In this document: positions 24,336 through 26,578 of the stretch, one piece after another | Numbering within the stretch: the stretch's first letter is position 1 | Layout: the number at the start of each line of letters is the position of its first letter | Assembly: GCA_964247135.1 (NCBI GenBank) | Contig: CAXTTL010000042.1 | Location: 1 to 26,578, forward strand | DNA length: 26,578 bases | Direction: 5' to 3' | DNA from: an uncultured Deinococcales bacterium | Lineage (GTDB): Bacteria > Deinococcota > Deinococci > Deinococcales > JAAFIG01 | Notes under the pieces: model-generated | Databases searched by the model: none | Seen by the model: the letters and a program-made list of their open reading frames with translations, nothing else | Told to the model about the DNA's origin: nothing | Position numbers and translations under genes: made by a program

Positions 24336-24488
24336 ATGACCAAAAAGCCCGAACCTCAAAAACCAGTCGACACTTTTACCCCCAACCCACAACCGACCCT
24401 TGTGCCCAAAGCCAACGCCAAACTCGAGTTCATTCAAGCCTTGGTTCATGGTTTCAAAGTCGTGAACGCAAATGGAGGTCACGCTTGA
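24336..24488 (+). CDS. Small hypothetical protein (50 aa), not in the ORF track
   Basis: RBS AAAGGAG. Translates to MTKKPEPQKPVDTFTPNPQPTLVPKANAKLEFIQALVHGFKVVNANGGHA. The stop overlaps the TTG start of the helicase. Confidence 0.65.
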   Translation: MTKKPEPQKPVDTFTPNPQPTLVPKANAKLEFIQALVHGFKVVNANGGHA

Positions 24489-26554
24489 TCCTCAATCCGC
24501 AACAACAAAACGCGGTCGAGCACGATCAAGGTCACGCCCTGGTCGTCGCCGGTCCAGGATCGGGCAAAACCAGAACCCTGACCGCCAGAATCGCCTATCT
24601 GATCGGTGAGGGCGTACCCGCCAACCAAACGACGGCCATCACCTTCACCAACAAAGCGGCTCGAGAAATCAAGAAACGCCTCAGCCTCCAACTCGGTGAG
24701 GCGGTCGGAGAGTTGAACATCGGCACGTTTCACGCCGTGGGCTTGAACATCATCCGGTCCCACGGAACCGCCATCGGTCTGATGGCCAAAATCGGATTGC
24801 TCGAGCAAAGCGAATCGCTATCGGTCATGCGAGAATCATTGCGGGCGCTGGGCATTGAGATCAGCAAAAAAGCTGGCACCACGCAATACCCGGTCTTCTT
24901 GGGTGCGGTCTTGCGCGAGGCGAAAATGAAATTGCTCGAGAGTGCAGATTTGCTCGAGTATTACCGACAGCAAAAGCTTGCCTTCCATCACGGTTTGCCA
25001 GTTGAAATTGCCGCCGCCGCGTACCAGCAGTATGAAAAACGCAGCCGCGCCCGAGGGCTGCTGGATTTTGACGACCTGATCATGCTGGCGGTCAAAATCC
25101 TCAAAACCTCTCCAGAGGCACTCGAGGATTGGAAACTCAAAACCAGTTATTTGCTGGTCGACGAATTCCAAGACAGCAACTCAGCCCAGTACGAACTGAT
25201 CAAAGCCTTTGAGAGCGCCAACGTCATGGTGATCGGCGACGCCGCCCAAGCCATCTATTCCTGGCGCGGTGGGAACCCCAGCATCTTTGAAGACTTTGAG
25301 CGTGAATTCACGGCAAAGCGTTTCGTGATCTCCCAAAATTACCGTTCCTCAGACAGCATCCTGGCAGCCGCCAACGCCATCATGAAAGATGGACTGCAAA
25401 CCATACCCAACCTGGTCGGAATGCAAGGATTCGGCAAACCCGTTCAATTGTTCGTCGCCGACGACGCCGAAACGGAAGCGCAATTCATCGCCGGTGAAAT
25501 CGCCCGAGTCAGCAAAAACCCTCACGCCAATTTTAACGACTTTGCAGTGCTCTACCGAACCAACATCCAATCCCGAGCGCTCGAGCAAGCGCTGGCTCGA
25601 GCGGGCGTGCCCTACAAACTGGTCGGCGGTTCAAGTTTTTGGAGCAGAATCGAGGTCAAAATCTGCATCAGCTTTCTGCGCCTGGTCCAAAACCCAGCCA
25701 ACGACCCAGCCCTGGAGTATCTGATCGAACACGCCCTGCACTTTAAACACGTGCCAGATTGCTCTAAACTGTCCTTGGGCGAAAGCAGCTTGGAGAAAAT
25801 CAAAGCCTACGCCAGACAAAAAGACCTCTCACTGCTCGAGGCTTTCGGCGCCGAATTCCCTGGCTTAAAGGCACCCGCTTTAAATGCCATGCACTGGCTG
25901 TACGAGATCGCCATGCCCAAACTCTTCGAGGAGGCGAGCGACGCGGTCAACCTCCTGACCCAAGTCCTCGAAGCCTGGGGTTATATCGGACAACTTGGTG
26001 CGGAGGCGACAGACCCCGACCAAGAAACCTCCAGGATCGCCCAGGATCGCCTTGAAGGCATTGCCGAGGTCATTGGCATGGCTCAAGAGCACGCCGACCA
26101 AGGAGGCGACATTGAGAGCTTCCTGGAGATCATCACCCTCGAGCGCTCACAGCAAGAACAGCGTTCAATACTCGAGCACGATCCAGCAAGCGACCTCAAC
26201 ACCGGCAGGGTCACCCTGTCGACCATCCATGCCGCCAAAGGGCTGGAATGGAACCGCGTGTTCGTGGTCGGTTTTGACCAAGGCATCATGCCCGCAGGGA
26301 TGAGTTTTGAAAATGAAACGGCTTACCACGAAGAGCGCCGGGTGGCGTTCGTCGCCATCACGCGGGCGGTCGAATCACTGACCCTGACCCGCGCCAGACG
26401 CCGCAGGTTTGGCTCAGAATGGGGCGAGACACAGCCCAGCGAATACCTCAAAGCGCTCGAGCCTCACATCGTCGAAGTCCGTCAACAGACAAATGAACAA
26501 CCGATTCAAGATGTGCAATTTCCTCAGAATCAAAGCGTGATTGCGCTAAACTAA
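24485..26554 (+). CDS. uvrD: UvrD/PcrA/Rep-family SF1 DNA helicase
   Basis: AGPGSGKT, TFTNKAARE, DEFQD, GDAAQAIYSWRG, QNYRS, STIHAAKGLEW and EERRVAFVAITRA. RBS GGAGG. Confidence 0.93.
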   Translation: MILNPQQQNAVEHDQGHALVVAGPGSGKTRTLTARIAYLIGEGVPANQTTAITFTNKAAREIKKRLSLQLGEAVGELNIGTFHAVGLNIIRSHGTAIGLMAKIGLLEQSESLSVMRESLRALGIEISKKAGTTQYPVFLGAVLREAKMKLLESADLLEYYRQQKLAFHHGLPVEIAAAAYQQYEKRSRARGLLDFDDLIMLAVKILKTSPEALEDWKLKTSYLLVDEFQDSNSAQYELIKAFESANVMVIGDAAQAIYSWRGGNPSIFEDFEREFTAKRFVISQNYRSSDSILAAANAIMKDGLQTIPNLVGMQGFGKPVQLFVADDAETEAQFIAGEIARVSKNPHANFNDFAVLYRTNIQSRALEQALARAGVPYKLVGGSSFWSRIEVKICISFLRLVQNPANDPALEYLIEHALHFKHVPDCSKLSLGESSLEKIKAYARQKDLSLLEAFGAEFPGLKAPALNAMHWLYEIAMPKLFEEASDAVNLLTQVLEAWGYIGQLGAEATDPDQETSRIAQDRLEGIAEVIGMAQEHADQGGDIESFLEIITLERSQQEQRSILEHDPASDLNTGRVTLSTIHAAKGLEWNRVFVVGFDQGIMPAGMSFENETAYHEERRVAFVAITRAVESLTLTRARRRRFGSEWGETQPSEYLKALEPHIVEVRQQTNEQPIQDVQFPQNQSVIALN

Positions 26555-26578
26555 AGATATAGCAAAAACCGAAGTCAT

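Larger units (their letters stand above)
1..26578. mobile_element. Segment of a (probably Deinococcota) iteron plasmid
   Basis: Rep, iterons and a ParA/RHH partition cassette sit in the centre, with cargo typical of plasmids or phages. No transposase, integrase, virion or tra genes were seen in the window. Confidence 0.85.

Noticed and set aside
1-26578. Prophage interpretation
   Set aside because: There are no terminase, capsid, tail, lysis or integrase genes in the window. A phage-plasmid cannot be excluded without the flanking sequence.

Overview
This 26.6 kb window looks like part of a plasmid from a Deinococcota (Deinococcus/Thermus/Meiothermus-like) host. The host call is inferred from a two-OB-fold SSB, an RPA-family Rep and leaderless TANNNT-N6-start promoters. 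The centre holds a replicon core on the minus strand: a ribbon-helix-helix partition protein, a short ParA and a replication initiator. Next to rep are an AT-rich tract and ten 16-bp iteron-like repeats, and 8-bp-period centromere-like arrays lie around par and at two distant gene junctions. All other called genes (about 33) are on the + strand and many are translationally coupled. The left arm carries a DUF6915-like gene, an acidic protein, a MoxR-type AAA+ ATPase, a DUF2201 metallopeptidase-vWA, a GHKL ATPase and many hypotheticals. The right arm carries a lipoprotein, SSB, an SF2 helicase, a degenerate VapBC pair, a sigma-70 region 1.2-2-like protein, a 2xwHTH-TM-DUF3105 fusion, a Rad52-like annealing protein and UvrD. 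The most notable observations are: (i) a run of intact but signature-eroded host-like genes (possible decoy/mimic cluster), including a putative pseudo-sigma factor; (ii) about 95 CTCGAG palindromes by manual count against about 7 expected, HIP1-like; (iii) dispersed parS-like arrays. All family calls come from motif recognition by eye; no database searches were run.
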